A stretch of DNA of 64,000 nucleotides, taken from NCBI GenBank assembly GCA_963677435.1, contig OY781945.1:2208001-2272000 (forward strand), written 5' to 3'. Position 1 is the stretch's first letter. Every line of letters starts with the position of its first letter. This document shows positions 11,090 through 20,647 of the stretch, piece after piece. The translations under genes were made by a program, and so were the position numbers. The notes under the pieces were generated by a model. The model was not told the DNA's origin and ran no database searches. It saw nothing but the letters and a program-made list of their open reading frames with translations. The DNA is from an uncultured Aliarcobacter sp. GTDB taxonomy: Bacteria > Campylobacterota > Campylobacteria > Campylobacterales > Arcobacteraceae.

Positions 11090-11229
11090 ATTTTTTCTCT
11101 TTTAATAAAATTAGTTGTGAAATAATGCCATAAAATAAATCAATTTGATTTCATTTTAAAAACTATAGTTTATTTTAGATATCAAATGAGAAAATTTAGT
11201 GAATAATTTTTCTACATTTTTAATACATT

Positions 11230-11256
11230 AATGTGTCAATACTATCTTGACACATT
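11230..11256. promoter_or_regulatory. Operator-like inverted repeat upstream of the haem-binding protein gene
   Basis: AATGTGTCAA-N7-TTGACACATT, immediately followed by TATAAT at 11262-11267. Confidence 0.55.
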
Positions 11257-11294
11257 TCATATATAATTCTTTATATAAAATTTTAGGAGATAAA

Positions 11295-11753
11295 ATGATA
11301 GGAAAAGTAGTTATCGGCGCTGTTGTCGTAGCCGTAGCAATACAATTTATTCCTTATGGGAAAACATATACAAATCCACCAATTGTTGCAGAACCAACTT
11401 GGGATTCACCTCGAACTAAAGAGCTTTTTAACAATGCCTGTGCAAATTGTCACTCAAATCAAACAACTTATCCTTGGTATAGTAAAGTTGCACCTGTTTC
11501 ATGGTTAGTTGCTAGTGATGTTGAAGAAGGTAGAGAACATTTTAATGTTTCTATGTGGGGTGTTCAGAAAAAAAATAAAGGCGATGAAGCAGCTAAAGAG
11601 TTAAAAGGTGGAGATATGCCACCATGGTTCTATTTACCAACTCATCCAGAAGCTAAACTTACAGAAGCTCAAACTCAAGAGTTAATTACAGGTTTAGAAA
11701 AAACTTTTGGAAAAGAAGAAGGTAAAGAGAATGAAGGTAAAGAAGAGAAATAA
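11295..11753 (+). CDS. Haem-binding domain c-type cytochrome
   Basis: [17 protein letters not shown] and MPP..Y...HPEAKL motifs; start set to ATG 11295 (RBS AGGAGA). Confidence 0.85.
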   Translation: MIGKVVIGAVVVAVAIQFIPYGKTYTNPPIVAEPTWDSPRTKELFNNACANCHSNQTTYPWYSKVAPVSWLVASDVEEGREHFNVSMWGVQKKNKGDEAAKELKGGDMPPWFYLPTHPEAKLTEAQTQELITGLEKTFGKEEGKENEGKEEK

Positions 11754-11819
11754 AATATTTCTCTCTTTACTATCTTAAAATCATAAGAGAGTTTTTATTT
11801 AAAATTCTCTTATATTACT

Positions 11820-12236
11820 TTAAAAAACAAAAGAAATATCTACAATTCCAATATTATAAATCTCAACTTTTACACCATCACTATCAACTACACCATAAGA
11901 GATAGTTAATTCATTTGGGTTTTCTATAGTTTGATTCTCTTCTACAAATTTTACATATTTATCGTAATCAATAATACTATAAATAAATTTCGCTTTCTCT
12001 TTAAATTTTTCATTATTTATATATCTAACATATACTTCTTTGTATGTTGTTTCATCATATTTATCATAGAAATTCTTTTTATACATCAACTCACAATAAG
12101 CAGCTTTTTTAAAATTACTTGTTGAATATTCTAAATAATCATCAGCTATTATATTTTGTAAATCTTCGTGGATTTCAAAAAGATTATATTTTTTATAGCC
12201 GTTTTCATCTGATATTAGAGCAGTTGTTTTTATCAT
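11820..12236 (-). CDS. Hypothetical protein
   Basis: 138-aa ORF with AGGA RBS; no family recognised. Confidence 0.65.
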   Translation of the reverse strand: MIKTTALISDENGYKKYNLFEIHEDLQNIIADDYLEYSTSNFKKAAYCELMYKKNFYDKYDETTYKEVYVRYINNEKFKEKAKFIYSIIDYDKYVKFVEENQTIENPNELTISYGVVDSDGVKVEIYNIGIVDISFVF

Positions 12237-12550
12237 ATCTTTTCCTATTTTTTATTTGAATTCTATCATATATATATTTACAGTAATTCTCTTAATTTTA
12301 TCTGTATAATAATTAAGAATATTAAATATATTTATATTTGTATAATTTTATGATAAATTTTATAACTTTTTTATTGCTATATTTTTATTGTATTTTTTCA
12401 AAAAATTATTTTTTTACAAATAACCTTAAAGAAGGACTATATGAATATTTTTATTACATTTTGTATAATATATAGTTAAGTTTAAGATATAAATTTTGTA
12501 TAATATTAATATTTTAAAAAAATGGATTTTTATATGGATTATTGGAAAAA

Positions 12551-14794
12551 TTAGATTTGGTGGTAAATTTGCCCTACACTGATTCCACCATCGTTTAATG
12601 GAATATCTTTGTTGTAATAAAATTCCCTACCCTGCTCTTGGAATTTACTAATTAAAATTTCAAGAAGTGTTCTATTTTGAAAAACTCCACCACCTAAAAT
12701 AATAGGTAAATCTTTGTGAGAATTTGAGATATCTAAAATAATTTGCACTAAAGTATTTATAAATTTTGAGCAAATTTGTTTTTTATCTTTTTCTAAAATC
12801 ATCTGTTTTATCATAGAAGATAGTTGTATTTTATTATCAATTATTTCGTAAGGATAAACTTGAGTTATTGATTCATCATAATTTTGCTCTATTTGTAGAC
12901 CAGTTTCACCCTCATAGCTTTGAATATGTAAAATATCAGCTAATGATGCAACTGCATCAAACAAACGCCCTACAGAGCTTGTAAGAGGTGAATTTAAAGC
13001 TTTTTGCCACATAGTGTGAAGCATTTTTATTTCACTGTGTGTAAAAGCTTTTACACATGCTATTTCAAGAGTTAATATCTCATCTAGGCAAAAAGTATCA
13101 AAAAGTAGACTCAAAGCCACTCTTTTGGGCTCAAGTACTGCCTTTTCACCGCCTAAAAGCCTAAAATACTCAAAATGATTTACTCTTTTATATTCACTTT
13201 TTGAAGCTATAAAAACCTCTCCACCCCAAATATTTCCATCATCTCCATAACCTGTTCCATCAAAAATAAAAGCTAATACTTCTTTGTTTAATTTATACTC
13301 AGCCATTACTGATAAAACATGAGCATAATGGTGTTGAATTTGAACTAATTCTATGTTTAGATTTGATTGTTTTAGCTTTAGTGCAAACTTTGTAGATTCA
13401 TAATTTGGATGTTTATCACAAACTATTATTTCAGGCTCAAAGTCATAAAATCTTTTAAAAGTATTTATAGTTCTCTCAAAATATTCTAAAGAGTTTAATG
13501 AGTTTAAATCTCCAATATATGGAGATAAAATTAAATTATTTTTAAAATAAATACTTATGGTAGATTTTTGATTAGCACCAAGTGAAAGTATCTTTTTTTC
13601 GCTCTTATTTTCAAAGTTTAAAGCAGTTGGAGCATAACCTCTTGCATTTCTAAGCTTTACAATATCATTGTTTATAACTTGTATAACTGAATCATCACTT
13701 GCATTTAAAATATCTCTATTAAAATCTAAAACAAAATCAACTACATTTGATAGTTTTTCTATAATTTCATCTTTTGAAACAATAATAGGTTCACCCTTTA
13801 AATTTGCACTGGTTGCAATTATTGGATTGTTTAAATATCTAAAAAGTAAATGATGCAATGGTGTATAAGCAATAAAGCATCCTAAATGTTTAATATTTGG
13901 AGCTATTTTATCTGATAGATTAAAATCTTTTCTCTTTTTAACTAAAACTATTGGTTTGTTTATTGAACTTAAAATTTCTTCTTCTTTTGAAGTTAAATTT
14001 GTATAATTTTTAATATCCTTTATATCTTTAAACATTACAGCAAAAGGCTTATTTAATCGACTTTTTCTAACTCTTAGTTCTTTTACTGTTTTATCGTTTT
14101 TTGCATCACAAACAAGATGAAAACCACCCATCCCTTTTAGGGCAATTATGAACCCTTTATTGATTAAATCTGCTACTTGTTTTATGGCTGTAATATTTGT
14201 AGATATTTTCTCATTATTTTTATTATACAAAGTTACATTTGGACCACATTTTTCACAAGCAACTGGTTGAGCGTGGTATCTTCTATTTGTTGGATTCTCA
14301 TACTCTTTTTTGCAATCTTCACATAATTCAAAAAAGGCCATTGAAGTATTTATTCTATCATAAGGAACTGTTTTTATTATTGAATATCTTGGTCCACAAT
14401 TTGTACAATTTGTTAAAGCATAATTATATCTAAAATTATACACATCATTAATATCATTGATGCAATCATCACAAATACCAATATCAGCAGAGATAATAGT
14501 TGATTTATTATTTGAGTTTGTACTTTGTATTATTTCAAAAGTTTTATACTCTTTTATTTTAGTTATTTTTTCTATATTTATAGAGTTAATTTTTGATAAA
14601 ACAGGTGGATTTGATTTTAGTTCATTTATGAATTTTTGTATATTCTCTTCTTTTGCATATAAAAGAATATTTACACCTTTTTCATCATTGTTAACCCACC
14701 CTTTTATCTCATATTTTATTGCTAAATTATATATAAAAGGACGAAAACCAACCCCTTGAACGATACCTTTTACTTGAATAAAAAATGATTTCAT
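12551..14794 (-). CDS. hypF: Carbamoyltransferase HypF
   Basis: GIVQGVGFRPF acylphosphatase domain, CxxC zinc fingers, QHHYAH, DGTGYG, PLNDGGIS. Confidence 0.97.
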   Translation of the reverse strand: MKSFFIQVKGIVQGVGFRPFIYNLAIKYEIKGWVNNDEKGVNILLYAKEENIQKFINELKSNPPVLSKINSINIEKITKIKEYKTFEIIQSTNSNNKSTIISADIGICDDCINDINDVYNFRYNYALTNCTNCGPRYSIIKTVPYDRINTSMAFFELCEDCKKEYENPTNRRYHAQPVACEKCGPNVTLYNKNNEKISTNITAIKQVADLINKGFIIALKGMGGFHLVCDAKNDKTVKELRVRKSRLNKPFAVMFKDIKDIKNYTNLTSKEEEILSSINKPIVLVKKRKDFNLSDKIAPNIKHLGCFIAYTPLHHLLFRYLNNPIIATSANLKGEPIIVSKDEIIEKLSNVVDFVLDFNRDILNASDDSVIQVINNDIVKLRNARGYAPTALNFENKSEKKILSLGANQKSTISIYFKNNLILSPYIGDLNSLNSLEYFERTINTFKRFYDFEPEIIVCDKHPNYESTKFALKLKQSNLNIELVQIQHHYAHVLSVMAEYKLNKEVLAFIFDGTGYGDDGNIWGGEVFIASKSEYKRVNHFEYFRLLGGEKAVLEPKRVALSLLFDTFCLDEILTLEIACVKAFTHSEIKMLHTMWQKALNSPLTSSVGRLFDAVASLADILHIQSYEGETGLQIEQNYDESITQVYPYEIIDNKIQLSSMIKQMILEKDKKQICSKFINTLVQIILDISNSHKDLPIILGGGVFQNRTLLEILISKFQEQGREFYYNKDIPLNDGGISVGQIYHQI

Positions 14795-14881
14795 TAAAAC
14801 TTCCAGAATAATTAATATATTTGATTTTGATTATAAAAGATTATTCCTTTAGTAAAGATATTTTATTAAAATCTACTCGCT

Positions 14882-15763
14882 TTATATCTCTATTCCAAAA
14901 TAATATTTTACAAAATAACCAATCCCAAATGAGATAATTGCAACTCCAAAAGTTATTGCTGACATTTGTAAAACTCTTGTAGTGAAGTTTAAATCTTTTG
15001 CAACACTAATATAAAAGTTATATGAAATAATGGCTAAAAAAGCACATATAAACATCATAATCAAAGAGTAAGCCATGGTTTCAAAGATGAAAAATGGCAC
15101 AACTAAAATTGTAGTTGTTAAGATATATGAAACTCCTGTATAAAGTGAATAAGTAATGGGTTTAATTATCTCACTTGGATTCTCTTTTGCTTCAAAATAT
15201 GCAGATCCTGCCATCGATAAAGATGCAGCTATTCCCATGATAAGACCAGTAAGTCCTACAACTAAACTTTTATCAAAAGCTAAAGCAATACCACTTAATG
15301 TTCCTGTTAATTCAACTAAAGCATCATTCATTCCTAAAACTATTGCACCTGCGTATAAAAGTTTTTTGTCATTTAACATCTCAATTAGTTCGAACTCATG
15401 TTCTGTTTCTTGTTTATAAATTTTTCTTGATTCTGGATATATTTCAAAAAGTTCTTTATAATATTCTTCAGCTCCCGCTTCTCTTTTTTCCAATGTTCTT
15501 AAAGCAAAAGAAGTTCCAAAAACTTTCACAAGAAAGATAAACCACAAAACTACAAACCTTTGTGCTTTTATCTCTTTTTTTGTAATTTTAACCCAAAAAT
15601 CATAATGAGATTTTTCCTCTTTTGCAATCTTTTCAAAGATTTTTTTATTATTTTCATCACTTTGATAAGATACTAAAATTTTGTAAATAGTATGATCATT
15701 TATTTCATTTTGTTGCTGTCTTAGGGCTTTTTTCAGATGTTCTTCTTCAGAAATTTTATTCAT
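14882..15763 (-). CDS. Ferritin/rubrerythrin-like plus VIT1/CCC1 family metal transporter (MbfA-like)
   Basis: ExxH motifs (EEKSH, ETEH); VLGMNDALVE...SMAGSAY followed by TM helices. Confidence 0.85.
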   Translation of the reverse strand: MNKISEEEHLKKALRQQQNEINDHTIYKILVSYQSDENNKKIFEKIAKEEKSHYDFWVKITKKEIKAQRFVVLWFIFLVKVFGTSFALRTLEKREAGAEEYYKELFEIYPESRKIYKQETEHEFELIEMLNDKKLLYAGAIVLGMNDALVELTGTLSGIALAFDKSLVVGLTGLIMGIAASLSMAGSAYFEAKENPSEIIKPITYSLYTGVSYILTTTILVVPFFIFETMAYSLIMMFICAFLAIISYNFYISVAKDLNFTTRVLQMSAITFGVAIISFGIGYFVKYYFGIEI

Positions 15764-15831
15764 TTTGTCTCCTTTTTATAATCATTATATTTTTAAATAC
15801 TACTACAAACTATTTAAAAATGAATATCAAA

Positions 15832-17745
15832 TTAATCTATTTCGATTACTGGTGTTATTTTTAAAACTATTTGTTTATCAACTGTTTCTTGTAACTTATT
15901 TTTGATGATTAGATAATCATCAAATAATAGATATTTATCTGAAATAAGCTCAATGTTTACAAGTATTTTATCTTTTTTATTTTGTATTGATTGTATTTTT
16001 AGTTCTACTTTTTTATCTTCTAAAGCTATAGATTTTACACTATTTAATTTATTAAAATATTCATATTTATCAACTACTTTCATAAATGACAAAAATAAAG
16101 GTATGCTAATTAGCACCATTAAAACAAAAGTATAAAGTAAACCTTTTTTTGCTTTTTTTACAGGAGCAAAACCTAAAACTATAAAAGTTAAGGCTGCACT
16201 TAGAGTTATTCCAACTAAATTTGTTGCAAAAAGTAAAAAAGAGCCATAAATCACATCGATATTTCTAATTCCGATTCCAATTCCAATTACACTTAAAGGT
16301 GGAATTAAAGCAACTGCAATTGCAACACCTGCAAGAGATTTTGCAACCTCTTCTTTTGAGTAGGCATAAGCACCAGCCATTCCAGAAAAAATAGCAACCA
16401 TCAAATCCAATAAATTAGGATTTAGTCGTGATTGCATCTCCCCTGTTATTTGCTCTAAAGGTATAAATAAAGTATATATACTAGAAAACAATAAAGCTAA
16501 TAAAATACCAAAAAGCATCGTTCTTGCACTTTGAAACAATAAAAATTTATCTGCTCTGATTACACCCATTGATAAAGATATAATAGGAGCCATTAAAGGT
16601 GCTAATATCATAGCTCCAATAATTACAGGTGTTGAGTTTGCAAAAAGTCCTGTAGTTGATAAGAGTGCACTTAGAATCATCAAGGTAGCAAAGATATAAG
16701 AAAACTTTGCATTATCTTTTAAATTGCTTAATAAATCTTTAAAATCCTCATCTGTTGCTTTTTTAAATAGTGGTAATTTCCCCTCAATTAAAATACTACT
16801 TATCTCAGCTTTTGGCAAAGAGTTTAATTTTATTACATCTTTTTCTTCAATATGTTTTTCATCATTTTTTACAATTTCTAATAAATCTCTTCCTAAATGC
16901 AAATTCATACAATCTTGTAATACTTCAAGTTCAATAGTTTTAGATTGATGTAAATCACTGTTATCAATTTGATAATCCAACATCTCAGTTGAAGAGATAG
17001 TTAATTTTGAAGCTTTGATAAATCCTAAACTTTTGGGTAGTGACATTAAAGAAACCTTTTGATAAAAAAAGATTGCTAATAAATACCATACATAAGAAAT
17101 CAAAGAAGTCGGAGCTAGAATATAAGCATTTAATTTTCCATCATGAATAGATAATTCATCTCTTATTGCTGATTCTTGAGTAGCTAAGCTTAAGTGTTCA
17201 AGTACAGTAATTCCTGAAGCTGCTGTTTGTACCGTTTGATCTTCTGAGGTGGTTAAAGTATAACTTTTAAATTTTATATTTTTAAGATGATTAAAAAAAA
17301 TCTTAATTTTTTTTAATCTGCTATTGTGATTATAATCATAATTATTCATTCCATGCATATCACCAATTGAAATACGATTAAATGCAAGAAAATTATTACA
17401 TTTTAATAAATCAATTTTACTTAAAAGTTCTGGATTATAAGCATCATCAATAGCATCTTTTATATCTTTTGAAATACTATAATTTTTTATTGTGTCTAAA
17501 GAGTTTTTATGGGGAAGAATAGCAATTAATATATTTATATTTAGATGATTTTGGAAAAATGTTTTAACTCCATCATCATCTAAATATAAAAGAAATAATT
17601 TCTTTTTATTTTTTTTATCATCAAATATTTTATCTATTGCAAAAATAGATATTTCACTTTTATAGTTTTCTTTTATATAATCGAATATCTCATCAAGAAC
17701 TTCTTTATCTTTTTCTTGGCTAATAAAATAGACTTGTTTGTACAC
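15832..17745 (-). CDS. TIGR00341/DUF389 family membrane protein with a large N-terminal soluble (DAG-kinase-accessory-like) domain
   Basis: NSTPVIIGAMILAPLMAP and GVAIAVALIPPL motifs; DGKLNAYI-type segment in the N-terminal part. Confidence 0.8.
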   Translation of the reverse strand: MYKQVYFISQEKDKEVLDEIFDYIKENYKSEISIFAIDKIFDDKKNKKKLFLLYLDDDGVKTFFQNHLNINILIAILPHKNSLDTIKNYSISKDIKDAIDDAYNPELLSKIDLLKCNNFLAFNRISIGDMHGMNNYDYNHNSRLKKIKIFFNHLKNIKFKSYTLTTSEDQTVQTAASGITVLEHLSLATQESAIRDELSIHDGKLNAYILAPTSLISYVWYLLAIFFYQKVSLMSLPKSLGFIKASKLTISSTEMLDYQIDNSDLHQSKTIELEVLQDCMNLHLGRDLLEIVKNDEKHIEEKDVIKLNSLPKAEISSILIEGKLPLFKKATDEDFKDLLSNLKDNAKFSYIFATLMILSALLSTTGLFANSTPVIIGAMILAPLMAPIISLSMGVIRADKFLLFQSARTMLFGILLALLFSSIYTLFIPLEQITGEMQSRLNPNLLDLMVAIFSGMAGAYAYSKEEVAKSLAGVAIAVALIPPLSVIGIGIGIRNIDVIYGSFLLFATNLVGITLSAALTFIVLGFAPVKKAKKGLLYTFVLMVLISIPLFLSFMKVVDKYEYFNKLNSVKSIALEDKKVELKIQSIQNKKDKILVNIELISDKYLLFDDYLIIKNKLQETVDKQIVLKITPVIEID

Positions 17746-17787
17746 TATACTAATCCTTTTTTAGATTATATAGTTTACTTGGTTCTT

Positions 17788-19320
17788 TTAATAATCTAGT
17801 GGATACTCTTTTGGCAAAATTATATTATAAGTTTTACTAAGAGTTTTATTTGTTTTTGATAACAAAATTGAATTTGCAAACATATTTCCACATAAAACTA
17901 CATCTTTTGCTTTTATATCACTTGCAATTTCATTTACATAATTACAAATAAATTCACTCAAGCTTTCATAAAAAGAGTAAATCAAAGTTATATTATCAAC
18001 ATCTGCCATTTTATATGCCATTATTGATTGAACCGTTCTTCTATAGTCTAAATAGTTTACACCATCTAAACTTACAAGTTTCATATCAATTTGAATACCA
18101 CTTGATAAATTTGTATTTAAAGCTATATCTTCAAACTCTTTTGCACTATTTATTCCTAAAACTTTTGCACACATATTTATGATTGATTCAAAACCATTTG
18201 TATTTTGTGCTACTTCACCTTCTAAAACAGTTGGGAATTTTTTTGAATAATTTGCTATTAATCTTGTGCAATGTTCATCAATATCGGCAATCTCTTCAAA
18301 ACAGTTTTTTATGCTATTGTGAATATTTGGAATAGAAATAATCTCTTTTATTCCTTTAGTTGGAATATTCACTGCAATTGAACTTTTCTCAGAATTTTGT
18401 GAGAAATAAACCCCAATAGAAGAGATTAATCTTTTTGAACTTTGGGCTAAAACTGCTTTAAAAACTCCACCATTATCATCAAAATAATCTTTTGAAGAGT
18501 TATATTTTTTATTTGCTACAAAATCATATTTTGGAAATAAACCTTTATCTCCATGAATTATTAGATTTTGCTCTTTAAAATATGTGATTTTTAATCCATC
18601 TTGATAAACTTCATCATTTACATATAAAACTTGATTTATTCCATACTCTTTTAAAGCTTTTGCAAATAAAACAACTTCTTTATCATCAGGAATTTTTGCA
18701 TAAATAAAGTTTGTAGATGAAAACTCATTATTTGAGTTTTTTAATATCTTAAATTTTAGTTTCACTAAAGGTCGCTCAATTGAGCAAAGAAGTTGATAAT
18801 CTTTCATATTTATATCAAAAGTTTCTTCCACTTTTGTAATGTCTGTAATTAAAAGTTTAACTTCAAAACCTTTGTTTTCTAAATCTTCTCTAATATTTTT
18901 ATTTGGTAAAAAGTAGTCTTTTAAACCATTATGTGTTTCAAATCTTGAAATTCCACCTTTTACAATTTTTAAAATATCATTCGAAAAATCTATATTATTT
19001 TCTAAGATTATTTTTTTTATTGCATCATTTGTTAAAAGTGTTAGATTTTGTTTTATCTCAAAATCTTCTATTTCTTTTAAACTCTCATCATAAGTTTCTA
19101 CAACATATGAGTTTCCTATAAAAATACTAAGTGGTAGTTTATTTTCTAATAAAGCGAAAAAATCTTCTATTTCTTGTGCAAGTGCATCTACAATAATAAT
19201 TATAAAACCATTGTATTGTTTGCAAGAAGCATTTATATTAGCCTCACTTATCAAACTCTCAATAATATGTTTAAAATATAGATTTGTTGTATTAAATTCA
19301 ATTTTATAAATTAATTGCAT
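17788..19320 (-). CDS. hydE: HydE-like hydrogenase accessory protein (degenerate HypF-like)
   Basis: Directly after hydD; SIERPLVKLK and C-terminal LCGNMFANSILL resemble the HypF C-terminus; start set at MQLIYK. Confidence 0.75.
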   Translation of the reverse strand: MQLIYKIEFNTTNLYFKHIIESLISEANINASCKQYNGFIIIIVDALAQEIEDFFALLENKLPLSIFIGNSYVVETYDESLKEIEDFEIKQNLTLLTNDAIKKIILENNIDFSNDILKIVKGGISRFETHNGLKDYFLPNKNIREDLENKGFEVKLLITDITKVEETFDINMKDYQLLCSIERPLVKLKFKILKNSNNEFSSTNFIYAKIPDDKEVVLFAKALKEYGINQVLYVNDEVYQDGLKITYFKEQNLIIHGDKGLFPKYDFVANKKYNSSKDYFDDNGGVFKAVLAQSSKRLISSIGVYFSQNSEKSSIAVNIPTKGIKEIISIPNIHNSIKNCFEEIADIDEHCTRLIANYSKKFPTVLEGEVAQNTNGFESIINMCAKVLGINSAKEFEDIALNTNLSSGIQIDMKLVSLDGVNYLDYRRTVQSIMAYKMADVDNITLIYSFYESLSEFICNYVNEIASDIKAKDVVLCGNMFANSILLSKTNKTLSKTYNIILPKEYPLDY

Positions 19321-19897
19321 GGGTAAAATCTTCTTCATTTGGGATTCTTGTTAAATGCTCACCATTGTAACTTCCTATCATACTTTTAACAACATCACTA
19401 AGTGCAATATTATTAACTTTTGTAGCTTTTATTCCTAAAGATTCTACCTCTTTTAAACCATTTAAAATAAACTCTTCAAATTTATCTTCCATCTCAATTG
19501 TTAGTCCAATTTGAACAGTTTCAATATCTTTTGGAATTATTCCAATTATTGTTACATTTGCATGGGAATCTAAAACAGATACAATTTCTAACATCTCTAC
19601 AATTTCAACTTCATGTGCTGTTTTTCTATAAGTTCCTAGTCCTAAAAGCACATCAGATGGAAGTCTATAAATTCCTCCAATTTCATCTTCAATAGACACA
19701 GTATCTAAAATAATAACATTGTCATACTCTTGAAAATATGCCATTAGTTTAAACCCTAATGTCCCACCGTCAATTATCTCTAAATCTTTATCATCAAACT
19801 CATAATTTTGTTTAATATATTCACTTGCATAAATACCTATACCTTCATCTTTGAAAAGCATATTTCCAACACCAATTACAATATTTCTTTTTTTCAT
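19304..19897 (-). CDS. hydD: Hydrogenase maturation endopeptidase (HyaD/HybD family)
   Basis: GVGNMLFKDEGIG, IIDGGT and TAHE motifs. Confidence 0.92.
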   Translation of the reverse strand: MKKRNIVIGVGNMLFKDEGIGIYASEYIKQNYEFDDKDLEIIDGGTLGFKLMAYFQEYDNVIILDTVSIEDEIGGIYRLPSDVLLGLGTYRKTAHEVEIVEMLEIVSVLDSHANVTIIGIIPKDIETVQIGLTIEMEDKFEEFILNGLKEVESLGIKATKVNNIALSDVVKSMIGSYNGEHLTRIPNEEDFTHAINL

Positions 19898-19911
19898 AAA
19901 TTACACCTTTA

Positions 19912-19934
19912 AATGAAAAGGGGCTTTCGCCCCT
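19912..19934 (-). terminator. Intrinsic terminator between hydC and hydD
   Basis: Minus strand: AGGGGC-GAAA-GCCCCT followed by TTTCATTT. Confidence 0.75.
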
Positions 19935-19942
19935 GCTTTACT

Positions 19943-20647
19943 CTATTTTTTTTCTTCTTCTCTTACAAATTTACTACCACCAATTACAATGGCAATATCA
20001 CCCTCTTTCCAGAAGATTGTTCTCCAGATTTGATAATAAATATGGCACATTACCCAAACTAAAATCAAATACATAGAAGTATGATGAGCAATTCTAACAC
20101 CCATATTTCCACCAAATGCACTTAATGTCCAATCAGTAGTAAGATGTAGCATTAAAGGCCACCATGTTCCAATTGAACTAATACCTGAAGCTAGTCCTTG
20201 AACATAAAGTTGAAGTCCAGTAAATAACATAAATATTAGTAATAAGTGGAAAATTGTAAAAAATACAATATTATAACTATCACTGTGTGATGAATCAAAG
20301 TTTTTTCTTCTGTTAAAAGTAATTAGATTTAAAAATACTTCAAAGAATTCTTTTATATTTTTTCCCGTAGGAATTAGTTTTTTATATGGTTTTTCAAATC
20401 TTGAAAAGAAATATAAATAACCTATTAATACAGCAGTTACATCAAAGATAATTGCAACTATAAAATGCCCCCATCTATTCCAAGCCATTACATACTTATC
20501 CACTGCTGGATCTGCTATTAATGTTTGGTAATAAGGGTGACCTATATATAAACCGGTTATAACAGCAACTACCATACAAATGGCATTTAGCCAATGTATG
20601 ATTCTCATAGTTCCTGTCATTCTTTTAACCTCTTTAATGTTAGGCAC
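19943..20647 (-). CDS. hydC: Ni/Fe-hydrogenase b-type cytochrome subunit
   Basis: RIIHW, GHF, AHH and HIYYQ haem-ligand motifs; GTG start at 20647 after a GGAGG RBS. Confidence 0.92.
   Translation of the reverse strand: MPNIKEVKRMTGTMRIIHWLNAICMVVAVITGLYIGHPYYQTLIADPAVDKYVMAWNRWGHFIVAIIFDVTAVLIGYLYFFSRFEKPYKKLIPTGKNIKEFFEVFLNLITFNRRKNFDSSHSDSYNIVFFTIFHLLLIFMLFTGLQLYVQGLASGISSIGTWWPLMLHLTTDWTLSAFGGNMGVRIAHHTSMYLILVWVMCHIYYQIWRTIFWKEGDIAIVIGGSKFVREEEKK

Noticed and set aside
11247..11267. TTGACA plus TATAAT as a canonical sigma70 promoter
   Set aside because: The spacing is only 9 nt; the TTGACA is better explained as one arm of the inverted repeat.
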